From positions 16,539,028 to 16,603,027 of the forward strand of contig CM082576.2 of the NCBI GenBank assembly GCA_040954595.2: 64,000 nucleotides of DNA. Direction: 5' to 3'. Of this stretch, positions 62,137 to 64,000 are shown in pieces. The position numbers and the translations under genes were made by a program. The notes under the pieces were generated by a model. That model saw only the letters and a program-made list of their open reading frames with translations, had not been told where the DNA came from and ran no database searches. Position 1 is the first letter of the stretch, and the number at the start of each line of letters is the position of its first letter. Source of the DNA: Balanoglossus misakiensis. Taxonomy: Eukaryota > Animalia > Hemichordata.

Positions 62137-64000
62137 TCATTTGCTCTGAAGCTCTTTCTTAAACTTCAGCTTCATCTCTTGGACACTTTCAGGATTGATG
62201 TCGACAATGTGGATTTCTCGAAGACAGCCACCAGATGGCGAGCTCTGGTTGAATTCTTGAATCCCATCAAATGTTGCTTCTGCGCACATGTCTTTGGGCA
62301 TGCCGTAGATCCCAGTGGTGAGTGCGGGTAGAGCTATGGATTTGGCATCTAGCTTGCTCTGCGCGTAAGTGAGACAATTCTTCACACTTTCTTGGACGTT
62401 TTTCTTGGACAAGCTTTGTTTGGCATCGCTCCATTCAGATCCGACTGCGTGGATGATGAACTTACACGGAAGGTTGTAAGCTTTTGTGTGAACGACTTCA
62501 GGCGCCTCGAGTGGTTTCGGTCGCCCCTGGAGAAGTTGTTGACACTCCTGCTCAAGGCCAGAACCAGCCGCTCTTGCCAGCGCCGCCGCTATGCCACCGC
62601 CAAAATAGAGACTTGAGTTTGTTGAATTCACTACCACATCGACAGTTTGACGTGTCAGGTCATCTGTGTGAACTTCTATGGTCATCCCTTCCAGAGTGAA
62701 AGTCGCCTTCTCATCCTCATCTTTCAAAAATTCCCTTCGAAATTCCATCTTCATCGCATTTGTTGTCACCAAATTGATGTCTACCAGATGAATTTCTTTT
62801 AGACTGCTGGATGATGTGGCGGTCTTACTGTATTCTTTAATACCATCTAACATAGCAGCAGCGCAGACCTGGGACGGAACACCATAAATCCCAGTGTTGA
62901 TAGCGGGTAACGCTATTGACTTTGCGTTGAGTGTCTTCTCAGCATACTCCAGACATCCTTTCACTGTCTTCTTCAGCTGCTCTCGACACTCATCTTTTTT
63001 TACTTTTATCCAAGGTGATCCAACAGCGTGGATGACGTGCTTACAGGGTAGTTTATAAGCAGCGGTGTGCATCAGTTCTGATGGTGACAGAGGCTTGCCC
63101 TGTCGTCCTGACATGAATTTGTCGCACTCTTTTTGGAGGTCATAACCGGCTGCTCTTACCAGCGCTCCTGCTAAACCCCCACCGTGGGCAAGACGATCAT
63201 TTGATGAGTTTACCACAACATCGGTACCTTCTTTGGTCATATCACCAGTATATATCGCTATGGCAATCCCTTCAGCGGTTGTCACTTTCAATTTGTCACC
63301 AGTGGCTCTCCTGGAATAATTTGGAGTGGCTAGCGCTCTTAGCAGTGTATTGAAAGCCAGAGATGGATTCTTGATCTGGTCATCGATATCACTGACATCT
63401 TTTTCTGTTTTCATTTGGTCATTGGTTACCTCCTGTTCATCCAGTGAAGTTTCATCAGTAACAGCCGATGCTGAAGGCTTTGCAACACCTTCAAGAGTTT
63501 CAGAAGAAACCTTAACGCTGTCATCTGAAACTTCAGACTTCAAGAGAGGAAGTGACTCCGCATCCTTTGCTGCTGCTTGTTCTTTTTCAGAATCGTCAGT
63601 TTTTCTTGAAGGCGAGACTTCATCTTCGCCTGTTTCTGTTTCTTGGATGAGCGCTTCGTTGACTGGCACTGCCTGATCAGCGTTTTCGATCGTTGCCAAG
63701 AATTCTTCGGATTCTGCATTGACTTCGACATCCCCTGTATTCTCTAATTCCGTTGCCATGGTTTCCTCACCATCACCACTCTTCATAGATCCAGACTCGG
63801 CTGATTGGCTGCTTGAGACTTCACATTCTGATCCGGGCTCCCTGATAGTTGGCTCCTCAATTGTATCCTCAATAATCAATTCTGACTCTGTCTCTATATC
63901 ACCTTCCACCAAATTCTTTCTATTTTCGACCAACTCTGTCAAGACCATCTCACCTTCCTCGCTGATGTTCTCTGTTGGAATGACTTCCGGATCAAGAACC
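62137..64000 (-). CDS. acidic low-complexity protein with two C-terminal tandem macrodomains (PARP9/14/15- or MacroD-like); 5' end beyond window
   Basis: Open frame from the window edge (VLDPEVIPTENISEEGEM...) to the stop at 62137. Macro motifs GDMT..DVVVNSSN..HGGGLAGAL..ALPAINTGIYG and DDLT..DVVVNSTN..FGGGIAAAL..ALPALTTGIYG. Confidence 0.9.
   Translation of the reverse strand, partial: VLDPEVIPTENISEEGEMVLTELVENRKNLVEGDIETESELIIEDTIEEPTIREPGSECEVSSSQSAESGSMKSGDGEETMATELENTGDVEVNAESEEFLATIENADQAVPVNEALIQETETGEDEVSPSRKTDDSEKEQAAAKDAESLPLLKSEVSDDSVKVSSETLEGVAKPSASAVTDETSLDEQEVTNDQMKTEKDVSDIDDQIKNPSLAFNTLLRALATPNYSRRATGDKLKVTTAEGIAIAIYTGDMTKEGTDVVVNSSNDRLAHGGGLAGALVRAAGYDLQKECDKFMSGRQGKPLSPSELMHTAAYKLPCKHVIHAVGSPWIKVKKDECREQLKKTVKGCLEYAEKTLNAKSIALPAINTGIYGVPSQVCAAAMLDGIKEYSKTATSSSSLKEIHLVDINLVTTNAMKMEFRREFLKDEDEKATFTLEGMTIEVHTDDLTRQTVDVVVNSTNSSLYFGGGIAAALARAAGSGLEQECQQLLQGRPKPLEAPEVVHTKAYNLPCKFIIHAVGSEWSDAKQSLSKKNVQESVKNCLTYAQSKLDAKSIALPALTTGIYGMPKDMCAEATFDGIQEFNQSSPSGGCLREIHIVDINPESVQEMKLKFKKELQSK

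Noticed and set aside
63326-63676. Ser-rich 116-aa plus-strand ORF
   Set aside because: Antisense shadow of the acidic region of the macrodomain gene.

Overview
AT-rich eukaryotic (animal) genomic DNA with spliced genes and many small non-autonomous DNA transposons. The gene set suggests an invertebrate, but the taxon cannot be fixed from sequence. Genes: (1) the 3' part of RALGAPB (Ral GTPase-activating protein beta subunit), + strand, 949-29251, about 25 exons including a GC-AG intron and two candidate microexons; (2) an intact 4-exon class I SAM-dependent methyltransferase gene nested antisense in a RALGAPB intron (19669-21731) and bracketed by two diverged direct repeats; (3) a 12-coding-exon SLC23/NAT-family transporter, - strand, 33324-40957; (4) a 259-codon LRR gene (- strand, 57262-59482) split within an LRR by a 1436-bp TIR element with a 5-bp target-site duplication; (5) the 3' end of a large acidic protein ending in two tandem macrodomains (- strand, 62137 to beyond 64000). 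The 41-57 kb interval has no recognisable intact gene. It holds two near-identical ~735-bp elements in inverted orientation 10 kb apart, fold-back MITEs and a MITE-within-MITE. No rRNA, tRNA or CRISPR feature is supported. I found no clear-cut new biological system; the best leads are the transposon-split LRR gene, the repeat-flanked nested methyltransferase and the acidic double-macrodomain protein. All homology calls are from recognition of motifs by eye, not database searches.
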